Positions 16,301-26,272 are shown, numbered from the stretch's first letter. The stretch: 40,376 nt of DNA from a virus (IMGVR_UViG_3300031519_000066:1-40376); one strand, 5' to 3'. Made by a program: numbers and translations. Notes: a model not told the origin generated them from the letters alone.

Positions 16301-19300
16301 GAATGCACCCGAAATCGTTGCCTGGGCTGTGATGCTCGTGCTTGGTCCATAGAACGTACCTGTGTAACCATCAAACGTGTAGCTGTTGGTTGCTCCTGCG
16401 CCGCCATTCTGCGAATCATAGATCTCTGCCTGTGTTTCACTACTGAACAATGGATAGAAGTAACCATAACTGCCCGATGTTGATCCACTTGAACTTGTTG
16501 CCAGTATCTGGAATGGGCCTGTCGCCCCCACTGTTCCTCCCACTATCGTCACTGTCGGAGTTTTGGTGTAGCCTGATCCACCCTTAGTGACCGTTATCGA
16601 TGAAATGTATTTCTTGTGGTAGTCATTCCACATCTGCCAAGGATATTCAGTGAGTTTGTCTGTGTCAGTGTTGACATTCAGGGATCTGATCTTGCCTGTC
16701 GTGGCATCATAGAATGTTGGACTGTCAAAGTCTGTGAATAAACCGTCCTGTGTGTCCGTGCCTGTGTGTCCCAGTCTGTATTCTCTCAATTTTGTGTGGA
16801 AGGGTTTTACCTCGTTGATGTAGCTCTCTATCCAACTGTCTGTGCCTGTTGTGTATGTCTTCCTCTGGTCCAGTGGTCTCACAGAGTTCTTGGCATTGAT
16901 GAACGACGTCTTGAACATCCAGTCAACGTAGGTCTGTTCAGACAGCACTTTCCTCAGTCCTGTGAAGAACAGTGTGTTGTACTCGATCGCCAGTTCGTTT
17001 ATGAATAGGTCGTCCCTCAGTGCAGTTAAAATTTTCCTTGTTTCTTGTGCTGGTTCCTGGTCAAAGGAGTTGTCATCAAATGTGTCCTCGCCCGCAAATC
17101 CCGAAGCGTCCTGTGTGTAGTCATAAAGTTTAGTTGATAATCTTATTGTTCCGTTCTCCGTACCCACGTTCTCCCAACCTGTGGCAGTCTTCATGAACAG
17201 TTTCCATCCACCAGTGTCTGCACTCGTCACCCTGACATGTTTTCCTATGTCCAATGTCAGTGCATCCAGTTGGTATTCGTAAGTTACCTGTTTGTCAATT
17301 TTCGTGTTCTCATCATGCGCCATCTCCCCGGCTGTCTTGTACCAGTCGATGTAACTCCAGTAAGCGGAGGTATCATATGTCTGTAATCGTGTCCTTGTGA
17401 ATTCTGTACCATCCCATGTGTATATCGCCCAGTATCCGTTGGCCGTCTCGTCTGCCTTGACCAGAAATTTCACTGTTCCTGACAGGTCTCTTGTGTCGAT
17501 GTATGTCAACTCCGCATATGTGTCCATGGTCGTGTCCCATTCAAGACTCTGGGCAGTCGGTTCTGCTTCCCTGGAATCCAGGTTCGTAAGATTGATCGTT
17601 CCGACCAATTGATTTTTCTTCAACACGGTGTTGGAGTAGTCTATGATTTCTTTCAGTGCTGTGAATCTGTCCACATACCAACTCTGTCTCGGTCTTGTGC
17701 TGTTTCCGTATCTCTCGTTGACAGGAAGTTCAACATCTGGCACCTGATCCCCTGACTCGTTCTGTCCTACCAGTGAATCCCACCAACGTGTCTCTATCAA
17801 TGTTCCTGGTCTGTAATCCTTGTCTCCCTCCCTGGCTAACTTCCACACAGAGTGTGCGTCTCCATCGAATGTGTTGGTCCTGGTGTCAACATTCAACACA
17901 ATGTCCGTTCCGGACAGGTTGCTGATGTTGTTCAGTAGCAGTTTGTTGGTATCTGTGACTGAATAGTATTTGAATTCTGATCTCTCAGGGTTTTCAATCA
18001 AGTTTTTCACGGATGCTGTTGAGTTCTTCCTGTTGACCACGCTGTTAAGTGGAACTGTCGCCTTGTTCTTCACCCAGTAGTAGTAGTAATTCACAAAGGT
18101 GTCCAGTCTAGAACTGTATCTCTGTATCACTGTGTACTGTGAGCTGTCAGTATTCAGTGGTGTTCCTGATATACCTTCTGAGGCACCTTGCTGTGTTCCT
18201 GCTCTCGTCTGCCATTGGTCTGGCAGTAGTGTGGATTCCGTCCACTCGTATATGTCTATGGTGGATCCTGGGAAAATCTTACCCCAGTTGTTTGTTTTGA
18301 ATTCTTGATCTCCCTGCTCATACCATGTCCATTTCACTGTTGACATATCCCACCATACCTCGCCTATGTGTTCCTCTGCCCATGGTGTCTTGGTGTTGGC
18401 ATTTGTTCCTGTGTTGTAAACTGCTGGATCCCATGTTGTCTTGATGTTGATCTCCCTGTCAGCAACACCCAGTATCCTTCCCTTGATCGGATCATAAAGA
18501 TCGTAATGGTCTCTGATCTGTTTGGTTCTGTTGTCAAATTCAAACACCTGTCCTAGTTTGTCTATGTCGATCAGTGCCGTTTCCGAAACTATGTTCTTCC
18601 ATGCATACTCCCCAGCCACTGCTAGATCATAACAGGCCACTGTTCCGTCGTTAGTAAGATCAGCATTGCCTTCATCTTCCGGGGCTCCAACAAACACAGT
18701 GTTGTCTACCACACAAACTCCCCTGCCGAAGTCGTCGGCCCCTGAAACATTGTCGGTGACCAGCTTGTCGTCTATAACGAACTGTGAGTTATACATGGTT
18801 GCCGTGTATGCCGCTCCCGATCCTGTGTTTAGATCACCTATCGTTGTGTCCTGTAGGTCAAAAGTGGTCTCGCCTGAGTCAATTTTCATCTCCCTAGGGG
18901 TTGAGGCCTGTTCTGCACCTATCACTATTCTCGTTGTGGATGGGTCCATGGTAACACTTGATCCAAACTTCATGTTTGACTGTGAGTCTGGGGCATTTAT
19001 TGTTTGTTGTAATGTGTATGTGTTCGTTGATCCATCAGCGTTCCATTTGTAGTAATACACTGCGCCGGCATCTGGTTGTGTTGTTGAGTCATCTGTTCCA
19101 TCGACACCCGGCGAACCTATCATCAAGACAGTTCCGTCTTTGCTCATTGACATTGAATTCCCAAACGCTGTGTTCAATGATGAGCCATCTGCACTCGTGC
19201 CTGTAAGTGTCTGTGCAAGAGTGAACGAGTGGTCTGTGCTACCGTCATTTGCCTGTGAATTCCTTATGTATATTTCTACCTTGCCTGCCTGTCCCGGAGC

Positions 19301-22300
19301 GAGTGAACTCACTGCCAGTATGTCACCATTGTCATTGGCTTCCAAGCTGTGTCCAAATCTCTTTCCTGCTCCTGGATCCGCGGATGTGATCGTTAAATTC
19401 TGTGTCCATGTGTCGTATGTTGATCCGTCAGCACCGATCCCCCACTCATACATGTATATCTGTCCCACATCATCACCGTATCCCGGTGCTCCAACGAAAA
19501 GGTATTTGGTTGCTGTTGTTCTGCCCGATCCCACACCCGGTTCTGAGATCTTGTGTGACCAACCGAAGTTCTGTGCCTGTGCTGAATCTGTAGTCGAACC
19601 ATCTTCTGGCGGAGTTAACGTGTTCAGTATTCCATACTTGAATGTGCTTGGATCCCATAGGTATATCTTAACCAATCCGTTGTCTGTGTATCTCGTGCTA
19701 CCGTCAGAACTTATCGTGTTCGTGAAAGGTGCACCTGCTACAACGAAGTTCTCATCTGTACTCATTGACAAAGAATATCCTAACTTGCTGGTGTTGTCAT
19801 TGTTTTCAGTCATGGTCTGTGTTGACTGTGACTGGAACAGTGTTCCTGCCGTTGTACCTGAACGGAATAGGAAGTGTACTTCTCCCTGGGCTTTTCCTGG
19901 AGCAGAAATAACAAGTGTCCTTCCGTCTGCCCTTGCCACCATGTCCCATCCAAACTGTTGGTTCGATGTTGAAACATCTGGACTCAGTATCAGTCCTGCT
20001 ACGTACGGATCTTGCTTCTCATATACCTGCCACAGTCCTGAGCTGTCTGCATCAGCGTAGACCTTGTCGCCGGGTTTTTCTATGGCATCGTCCTTGTCAT
20101 TGTAGTCAGCATAGTTGATGAGATCATTCACGTTGTCCATCGAACTTAACCTGACCGAAATGAACTTGTAGACATTCCCGTAGCTGTCTGCTGTTGATCC
20201 ATCTTCCAGTGTTGGTATGAATCCTGTGTTGCCTGTGTAATCTATTATCACAGTCTTGTGATCCTGTACGCTGGACACCTGGTGTACACCATTCAGTGTT
20301 GTTTCCTCACTGTTTGATATTCCGAAGTAGTCTGCAAGTTCTGTTGGTGAGCTTCCTGTCAGTCCATGGGAACCTGTGAACGTCAGTTCCAACTGCGAGG
20401 CATCGTTGATTGACCTTAGCTGGGCTATCTTGAGTCTGGCACTGGTGATCCTGAACACGTCCCAGTCCTTGTTGGATTTGTTCGCCACCCATACAAGATC
20501 ATTTGCCGTTATGGCATTCATGTCTAGGTTATTAAGATCCGTTATGTCAAAGGCCGTGTGCTGTACCTGGGTCAGCTGTGGATATCCTGCTGTCTTGTAT
20601 ACCTGTGCATGATCTCTGTCCACGCCTTCTTTGGTGTAGTCAAGTCTGCTGAACGTTGTTGCGGCAGTGTACTCAACCGGTTTGTAATACATCGCATCTT
20701 TGCCAACATAGAGTGATCTCGAGAATTCCTTGGTTTCGTTTGTTGTTTCAAACAGTTCTATGCTCTGTGGATCTGCAGACACCTCGTTGTCTTTCAGTGT
20801 GATCTGTATGTTCTCCACGGAATCTGTGTTTCCAAATCTCCCTGTCCTGATCATCCATTCTGGATGCAATTCCAGACTGATGTCCTCTCCCTCGTACTGG
20901 GCCTTCAATATCCTGTCTATGGCATTCTGTGTGCCTTTCTCCCTGATGTAGCCCTGGTAGAACTTGTACTGTGACACGTCGTTGACGAAAAGGTTCTCCA
21001 GGTAATCCCTTGACTGGTATCCTATCAGTCTCTGTGCCAACTGCTGTTGTGAATCGTCAAAGTTGTTTGACTCGAGATTGTAGAAGTCGTTGAACTGTGA
21101 GATCTTGTAGTCAAAGTTCGGGATCAACTGCGGTGCTGGTTTTTCTGCTTTAAGTTTCCAGCTGGATTTTTCAAACGTTTCAGTTGAGTTGTGATTCACT
21201 GTCGCGACATAGAATTTTCCCTGGTACTCTACCGTGTCGCCTATCCTGTAATCTGTGTTTGCCTTCCAGTAAGATACCTGTGCGGCATCAAACACGAAAC
21301 CCGGTGCGTAGTAGTCGCCGTTCCATCCTGCCGTCTTCCACCCAACAACTTTCAGTCTCTGCTGTCTGAATCCCGTGAACGGATCATATATGATGTCCGC
21401 GAACACTGTGCTGTTGTCAAACAACAATATCTGTTCTTTCTGTACTGTGTTCAGTGCTATGTTGTACAGGCCTATGCCGTCTGACTTGATCGTCAAATCA
21501 AATGTCTTACCTATTCTCTTGGTAGATATTTCTCTGATGTCTATCTTCCTTCCGCCTGCGTCCAGCAATGAATAGTCTCCTGCCAGGTTCCTTAACCTAC
21601 CAACTATGCTGTTATCCGTGTCTAACTCAAATCCATCCGCGGCCGGTGATACCGTCACCGCACTTCCCGGAGCCCATTCCTGTGTGGTCCAGAACAGGAA
21701 CTCCCGTACTGCGTTCGACCAGTTTAGTGTTTCCTTCAATTCGTTTGAGTACTTGTTGAACTTGAATCCTTGGTCTTCCAACCAGTGACCATATCCAAAA
21801 AGGAAATCCGTGACATCCTGTATCGTGTTGAACACAAATCCATAAGGTATGGTCTGCGTGGTCTCCTGGAAGTTATTGAATCGTTTGACCGATGTTGCTC
21901 CCTCGACCGAGACTGCGGAGTGTGTTGTCGTCTTGACCGGATAGTTGAATTTGAAATACGGTTTTGTTGTCGAGTAGCCCAGTATCTTGTATCCACCTAA
22001 AAGCGTGGAACCGTCCGTACCGGTGTCTGTGTTCTTCTCTATCAACACACCCGAGTACTGGAAACTTTCAACAGGGTTTGATGTCCTGAAAAGTATCTTG
22101 TAGTTCTCATCCGGTATGAATTTTGAGCCTGACACCGAGCCCGGTGATACCGAGTCTGTCAGTACTTTCAAGTTGTCCTTGTCTGTGAATCCACCCAGTT
22201 TGTATGCCAACTGCACAGTTAAATTTTTCATCTTGCTGTAATAGAATGTAGATACATCTAAATCACGTGAGATCATATAGTTGACCACAAATGGTTGGTA

Positions 22301-25300
22301 TCCTGCTGTCTGGTACCTTGTTGTCACTCCGGTATCATTGTCAGTCACTGTTTCCAAGTGGTACTTGGCTGTGGCTAGTGTTCTCCTGATACCTGTGTCT
22401 GTGTCTATCTGATTACCTGCTGTGTTCGTTGATAGTCTCGAAGTATCAAATAGGTTTGAAAAGAACTTGGCCGGTTTGGTCAGTGCCAGTGTCTTTAATA
22501 CAGTGAAAGGATATGCACTTGATTTTCTCCATGATGTTTCTGCTGGACCCCAATCTCCAAATTTCCATGAGGCCTGTCTGCCCGGTATGTCAAAGTTGTC
22601 TACAAGTCCTGCCGCAAGTGGATCCAAGAGGTTACCTGATTCGTCAACTGGTAGATAAGTTTTGATTTCTGGCTTACCGTACCTGCCTGGCTCCGTTGCA
22701 ATGGCTGTCCATAAAACATCATTTGCTGACGTGTATGGTGCTGGTCCGTATGTTGTTTCCCAGTCAGTCGGCTTCTCAGAGTGTCCCAGCATCTCCCATG
22801 GTCTCACATGAGGTGCGTCTGTATCGTAGAAATAGTTGTATACCCCCCTCCAGTGTCCCGGAAGAGATTGGATGTTTAATCTGTCAGTGCTTCTCGCATA
22901 GTTGTATGTGAATGGAGAACCTTCAACAAAACTTGTGTTGTTGATGTACTGCACATTGTTCCTGCCTGACCATGTGTAGAAGTCAGTTGCCGCAACATCA
23001 TTAATTTCTTGCAGTGTGTATTCCGTTGATGTGAATGCACTGGGCATCACATCATGTATGTCAAGCAAGGCCGGATCGTGTGCTGTCTTAAGATTGTTGT
23101 AGATCCTTTTCTCTAATTCAAGTATCAGGTCGTCCCTCTCGTCACCATATGCTTTTATGATCGATCCATCATGCCTCCTGATCACTGCTGTATCGGTTAC
23201 GTAAGTTGTGTCTGTGAAAGACTCCGGTTTGAATTTTGGATACATTCCAAGTTTGGTCGGACTTGGTGGCATGTAACTTCCTGTTGTGTCTGTGTAATCC
23301 TTGATCTTGACCTTATCACCTTCCGCAAGTGTGGCCGATATAGTCACACTGTCATCTGTTGTGCTGAACGTGTAGTCCGTGCCTAGGATCAGCTGTGCTT
23401 CATTCAGATAAACGTAGACTGCCCTGTTGTTGGGTGTCGTTATGTCGTGTTGTGAATCAAGTGCGTAATCTGTCTGTGACTCTCCAAGCACTGTGTAAGT
23501 TCTTGTTGAAACATTCTCTCCCCACCCTATCATGTCCTCGTAGAAGAATGGGAAAGTGCTGTTCCTTCCTGGTGTGATTGCTGTTACAATTTCGTCAACC
23601 CTGTCTGCGGCAACACCCTCGTATGCTGTTCCTGTTGCGTGTGTCAGGAATGAGTTGTACCATTTCTCATATTCCTGGCTGGCATGGTCTATCGCCGATA
23701 TCACATTAGTGTCTTGATCAATCAGACCAAACACTGCCGGAAGTAATGGTGCTTCGTGTTGGTGTATGCTACCACCCTTCAGTCTCGCATCTGGTTTGTC
23801 TCTGAGATTTGATGTTCCTGGTATTGCTCCTGTCACATCCTGGTTCTTGTCAAATATATCCCTGACATGGCCAAGTATCTGTCCAAATGTGAATGTTCCC
23901 AACTGTTGGTTCAGACTGTTTGTAGCTAAATTTTCTGGTACTTCATAAATTCCTTTGTTGGCCAACTTATCAGCACTGCTGTGACCGGCAATCCTAACCT
24001 GGTCATTGACTGTCAATGCCTTGATAAATTTCACATATGTGTTTGTTGTGCCGGCAACAAGAGTGTAATCTGTTGCTATTGTTTTCCTTAAACCGTTCAC
24101 TGACACCGAAACTTCCATATCCGTTAAGTCTGCAGAGTTCTTGTAGAAGTCTATCGGAAACAACTGTTTCTCTGCGTTGTCCACGATGAAGGTCCTTATG
24201 ACCCTCTGTCTGCTCTCATTGGTCCTCTTGATCCAGGCGCTCCTTGAGTTGTGCGTTTCCCTACCTGTTGTGTAGTGTAGGTGTCCTACTGCTAGATTTG
24301 TAGTAACAGTGGTTGTGCCGGATTTGTAAGTGAATGTTCCTGATGTATGGTCCGATTCAAAAACTATGTCGCCGACATTGTTTATGGTGTTGTATTTTAC
24401 CTTTATGCCCAGTACCGTGTCTGTTGTTGCTGTGTCAGAGATTGCAAATTCGAAAACCTTCGCTCCGGCAAATGAAGAGTTTGGATATGTTGTTGTGTCA
24501 TCGAAACTCGTGTGCGTGTTGTCCCACATGCCGAACAACGGCTGTTGGTTGACTCCTGTCTTCTGCTGTGCATCTTTCCAGGTGGTCGTTGCAAGATCGT
24601 AATAGAAGGTGTTGCCCTGGTTCGCTGTTCCAAATTCTACGAATATGCTGTCCTTGTCTGCCGGAATTCCGTCAGATTCTTGGGTCAGTGAGATGACCTG
24701 TGTGCTGTCTCCTGCTGTTGCGAAACTGACCTTGTATATCCTGTTCTTGACTGTGGGATCAGTGTCTGCCGCGAATATGACCCTCATTCCCTCTGTGAGG
24801 GCCAGCCCGTCAACTATGTAACCAGTCTGAAGTACAACATCGCTGAAAGCATCAGTTGTCACGGTGTCATACAGTGTCACGGATGTTTTTGCCACCGTGC
24901 CGTGATTGTAAAGTGCAAGTCCCGAATCAAATTCAATAATGGGTCTCTTGGCCCTGTCGCCTTCGTCAAGCGTCGCTGTGAACCCGTTTATCCTGGCTGT
25001 CTCCTCTATGACCGATTTGTGGAACCACCTGTTGTATCTGGACCATGCATTCTGATCCCGTGAATCTCTCTTTATCGTTATGTAATCCTTGGTGTCAGGC
25101 GTGTAGTATGCTTTGGCATAGGGTCTTGAATCGAACTCAACTGAGTCGTAAGCTATGGTACTTTCTGTGGCGTAACTTGCCGGTGTTATAAGGTTCTCCA
25201 CGTCAGTCAGTGTTATTGATTCCCCTACCCCTTCCACATAGTACTCCTTGTTCAGGTATGCTGAATCTGTTGCCAGCTGGCCTGTTGTGAACTTGACTTT

Positions 25301-26272
25301 CATTCCATTGGAAAGATTCAATGTTCTCAGGCTGTAATTCTTAACACCTATGATGTCATCATCGGGATTAATTTTTGCCAGTGTGTTTACGGCCCTGATC
25401 TGTAGTATACCGTACATCGAATCATGATTGCTACACTGATAATATAAAGTGTCCGGACCACCTGTCAGCGGAACCGTGAACGTCACCGTTCCCTTGTCAG
25501 CACCATTGTTGGTCACCCCTGTCGAGTGTACCGTGGACGTTGATCCATCCTCTGCCACCATGCTCTTGTATGGTTCTGTCATTATCCAGAAAGGATGTCC
25601 CTCTGCGTCTACGTTAAATCTGTAAGTGTTCCCCCTGTAGAGTTTTATTATGGGGTTCCTCTCATCTTCCCTGTGTGGGAAATTCCATGCCCTTGTCGAA
25701 CTTCCGTCTAAGGGCCAGTTGCTCACATTGTATTCCGCCACTGCCGATGGTCCCATCGAGTCTATCTCTATTGCATTGGGTCCGCTTGGCATCCAGAAGT
25801 ATTCCCGGTAGTTGATCAGTTTGTCATAATCTATCGCTGGGTTCCAACCGTATACAGTTTCCTTGTTCAGCCTGTCATGGTTGTCCACCTTGCCTCCGAA
25901 GTACTTGATCTGGTTTATGTAGTCATCGTATGTGCCCGTGAACTTGACCTGGTCTTCTGGATTGACAGACGTTGTGTCCCTGTCCGTGTATGTCACAGCA
26001 GGTTCCAGCTGGTATGCCATCCTGTCCCTGTTGGTCGCTGTAAGGTATCTGTCCGTTACTGCCCTGGTGTAGGCGTCCTGCCTGCCGATGTAACCGTCCA
26101 ATCTCTCCAGCTCACCCTTCTGTACCAGGGGATCCAGTGTGCTTGAAAGGAATCGCTGGTTTGAATCTGTCCTGTAGAACGCAGGTAGGTGTTGCACAGT
26201 ACGTCTGTACTCGTTGTCGCCCTGTTTGACTACTTCGTTATTGGTTGATGTGTTTGTTGGGTTGTCAGCCAT
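13379..26272 (-). CDS. Giant multidomain baseplate wedge protein (gp7-like), 4297 aa
   Basis: Directly follows gp6; LPAFYRT N-terminus; FYQGYIREKGT and YINEVKPFHT wedge-type motifs; contains cupredoxin-like, FG-GAP-like propeller, GSGYT and GDGSTxxF repeat domains. Confidence 0.8.
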   Translation of the reverse strand: MADNPTNTSTNNEVVKQGDNEYRRTVQHLPAFYRTDSNQRFLSSTLDPLVQKGELERLDGYIGRQDAYTRAVTDRYLTATNRDRMAYQLEPAVTYTDRDTTSVNPEDQVKFTGTYDDYINQIKYFGGKVDNHDRLNKETVYGWNPAIDYDKLINYREYFWMPSGPNAIEIDSMGPSAVAEYNVSNWPLDGSSTRAWNFPHREDERNPIIKLYRGNTYRFNVDAEGHPFWIMTEPYKSMVAEDGSTSTVHSTGVTNNGADKGTVTFTVPLTGGPDTLYYQCSNHDSMYGILQIRAVNTLAKINPDDDIIGVKNYSLRTLNLSNGMKVKFTTGQLATDSAYLNKEYYVEGVGESITLTDVENLITPASYATESTIAYDSVEFDSRPYAKAYYTPDTKDYITIKRDSRDQNAWSRYNRWFHKSVIEETARINGFTATLDEGDRAKRPIIEFDSGLALYNHGTVAKTSVTLYDTVTTDAFSDVVLQTGYIVDGLALTEGMRVIFAADTDPTVKNRIYKVSFATAGDSTQVISLTQESDGIPADKDSIFVEFGTANQGNTFYYDLATTTWKDAQQKTGVNQQPLFGMWDNTHTSFDDTTTYPNSSFAGAKVFEFAISDTATTDTVLGIKVKYNTINNVGDIVFESDHTSGTFTYKSGTTTVTTNLAVGHLHYTTGRETHNSRSAWIKRTNESRQRVIRTFIVDNAEKQLFPIDFYKNSADLTDMEVSVSVNGLRKTIATDYTLVAGTTNTYVKFIKALTVNDQVRIAGHSSADKLANKGIYEVPENLATNSLNQQLGTFTFGQILGHVRDIFDKNQDVTGAIPGTSNLRDKPDARLKGGSIHQHEAPLLPAVFGLIDQDTNVISAIDHASQEYEKWYNSFLTHATGTAYEGVAADRVDEIVTAITPGRNSTFPFFYEDMIGWGENVSTRTYTVLGESQTDYALDSQHDITTPNNRAVYVYLNEAQLILGTDYTFSTTDDSVTISATLAEGDKVKIKDYTDTTGSYMPPSPTKLGMYPKFKPESFTDTTYVTDTAVIRRHDGSIIKAYGDERDDLILELEKRIYNNLKTAHDPALLDIHDVMPSAFTSTEYTLQEINDVAATDFYTWSGRNNVQYINNTSFVEGSPFTYNYARSTDRLNIQSLPGHWRGVYNYFYDTDAPHVRPWEMLGHSEKPTDWETTYGPAPYTSANDVLWTAIATEPGRYGKPEIKTYLPVDESGNLLDPLAAGLVDNFDIPGRQASWKFGDWGPAETSWRKSSAYPFTVLKTLALTKPAKFFSNLFDTSRLSTNTAGNQIDTDTGIRRTLATAKYHLETVTDNDTGVTTRYQTAGYQPFVVNYMISRDLDVSTFYYSKMKNLTVQLAYKLGGFTDKDNLKVLTDSVSPGSVSGSKFIPDENYKILFRTSNPVESFQYSGVLIEKNTDTGTDGSTLLGGYKILGYSTTKPYFKFNYPVKTTTHSAVSVEGATSVKRFNNFQETTQTIPYGFVFNTIQDVTDFLFGYGHWLEDQGFKFNKYSNELKETLNWSNAVREFLFWTTQEWAPGSAVTVSPAADGFELDTDNSIVGRLRNLAGDYSLLDAGGRKIDIREISTKRIGKTFDLTIKSDGIGLYNIALNTVQKEQILLFDNSTVFADIIYDPFTGFRQQRLKVVGWKTAGWNGDYYAPGFVFDAAQVSYWKANTDYRIGDTVEYQGKFYVATVNHNSTETFEKSSWKLKAEKPAPQLIPNFDYKISQFNDFYNLESNNFDDSQQQLAQRLIGYQSRDYLENLFVNDVSQYKFYQGYIREKGTQNAIDRILKAQYEGEDISLELHPEWMIRTGRFGNTDSVENIQITLKDNEVSADPQSIELFETTNETKEFSRSLYVGKDAMYYKPVEYTAATTFSRLDYTKEGVDRDHAQVYKTAGYPQLTQVQHTAFDITDLNNLDMNAITANDLVWVANKSNKDWDVFRITSARLKIAQLRSINDASQLELTFTGSHGLTGSSPTELADYFGISNSEETTLNGVHQVSSVQDHKTVIIDYTGNTGFIPTLEDGSTADSYGNVYKFISVRLSSMDNVNDLINYADYNDKDDAIEKPGDKVYADADSSGLWQVYEKQDPYVAGLILSPDVSTSNQQFGWDMVARADGRTLVISAPGKAQGEVHFLFRSGTTAGTLFQSQSTQTMTENNDNTSKLGYSLSMSTDENFVVAGAPFTNTISSDGSTRYTDNGLVKIYLWDPSTFKYGILNTLTPPEDGSTTDSAQAQNFGWSHKISEPGVGSGRTTATKYLFVGAPGYGDDVGQIYMYEWGIGADGSTYDTWTQNLTITSADPGAGKRFGHSLEANDNGDILAVSSLAPGQAGKVEIYIRNSQANDGSTDHSFTLAQTLTGTSADGSSLNTAFGNSMSMSKDGTVLMIGSPGVDGTDDSTTQPDAGAVYYYKWNADGSTNTYTLQQTINAPDSQSNMKFGSSVTMDPSTTRIVIGAEQASTPREMKIDSGETTFDLQDTTIGDLNTGSGAAYTATMYNSQFVIDDKLVTDNVSGADDFGRGVCVVDNTVFVGAPEDEGNADLTNDGTVACYDLAVAGEYAWKNIVSETALIDIDKLGQVFEFDNRTKQIRDHYDLYDPIKGRILGVADREINIKTTWDPAVYNTGTNANTKTPWAEEHIGEVWWDMSTVKWTWYEQGDQEFKTNNWGKIFPGSTIDIYEWTESTLLPDQWQTRAGTQQGASEGISGTPLNTDSSQYTVIQRYSSRLDTFVNYYYYWVKNKATVPLNSVVNRKNSTASVKNLIENPERSEFKYYSVTDTNKLLLNNISNLSGTDIVLNVDTRTNTFDGDAHSVWKLAREGDKDYRPGTLIETRWWDSLVGQNESGDQVPDVELPVNERYGNSTRPRQSWYVDRFTALKEIIDYSNTVLKKNQLVGTINLTNLDSREAEPTAQSLEWDTTMDTYAELTYIDTRDLSGTVKFLVKADETANGYWAIYTWDGTEFTRTRLQTYDTSAYWSYIDWYKTAGEMAHDENTKIDKQVTYEYQLDALTLDIGKHVRVTSADTGGWKLFMKTATGWENVGTENGTIRLSTKLYDYTQDASGFAGEDTFDDNSFDQEPAQETRKILTALRDDLFINELAIEYNTLFFTGLRKVLSEQTYVDWMFKTSFINAKNSVRPLDQRKTYTTGTDSWIESYINEVKPFHTKLREYRLGHTGTDTQDGLFTDFDSPTFYDATTGKIRSLNVNTDTDKLTEYPWQMWNDYHKKYISSITVTKGGSGYTKTPTVTIVGGTVGATGPFQILATSSSGSTSGSYGYFYPLFSSETQAEIYDSQNGGAGATNSYTFDGYTGTFYGPSTSITAQATISGAFKMYTTPTTTAATATATVVGGTVTKITVTGIGANYTSTPMVVIIGGADDGSTPSDTARAYANINNDLVRDIDTTIKFDRVSSTSSVVDWTASTGYVYGQLIRHKNQLYKTTSAFTATTDFDDNIGDLYKVYGDETGLTAADRTKGFYTPVSGMPGNELSQVMSGVDYGGTMVTGLLFSQEAGWDKSGWYDFPWDNYGESRVKSFSADGTTGTFTITPAPSVSDVYQVYVTSGDSTRKKLDGVFRGDGSTTAFTISVVPDAGALVEFIPFDDDGVLTPTDDRTLDSIIKGGLFGSAIGSAPSDILLEGDGFVSPETSYAPEETVPGQLFDTLDIKVYTSPESGVPFISSKNHRGDGTTLTFSIGDYPGTLGSVTVSVNGTGKKLTTDYTVDVANKTITFTSAPAVNSVVSTRVFAISGENYRVLDQYTGDGSTVTFTTSTRGEFNLDSTVSDMYITIDGVPTTAFTTTTTANAVTVTFSSAPAADAFVQIAGFNKSSTSTRSFASIRNEKITYDGSTNRYTLTYPPGAIGPLSGLTIIEVNGKMLRGPDNTYYTGDGSTYSYAVISSGLGDESTIDPAKIITSASQVEVFVNGVQKILNSDFTVDVSNQNVEFVTASVPTATDVICISTLVDNQYYNEGNDIILDVAQIDADSSTLGYQLSENDVLSVTTFNNALGMKLRREVLEGRSSGVFSLRFDPLNAGYTYVWLNGVQQIQNHDFTMTGNTITFVGQTITSSDRLDVMYFAVESASGATGFRIFKDMLNRTFYKRISKTSTTELVDELTEGTQTMQVKDGTALPEPNAANNMPGVVFVDKERIEYFTKSGNTLGQLRRGTLGTGIKDHSDGTLVVDASGTQTIPYADTVYTNTFTGDGSTVIFALSQAPSSASELDIFIGGQRLLLTSEDGSTINYSVDGSSTAVTLSTATADGTQVKILHKKGQVWYTALDGNPADGKGLQASTTAQAKFIANEPTNAPE

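Noticed and set aside
13586-25549. Recurring gttgatccatc as a DNA-level dispersed repeat or binding site
   Set aside because: It is always in the same frame and varies at synonymous positions, so it reflects the DGST peptide.
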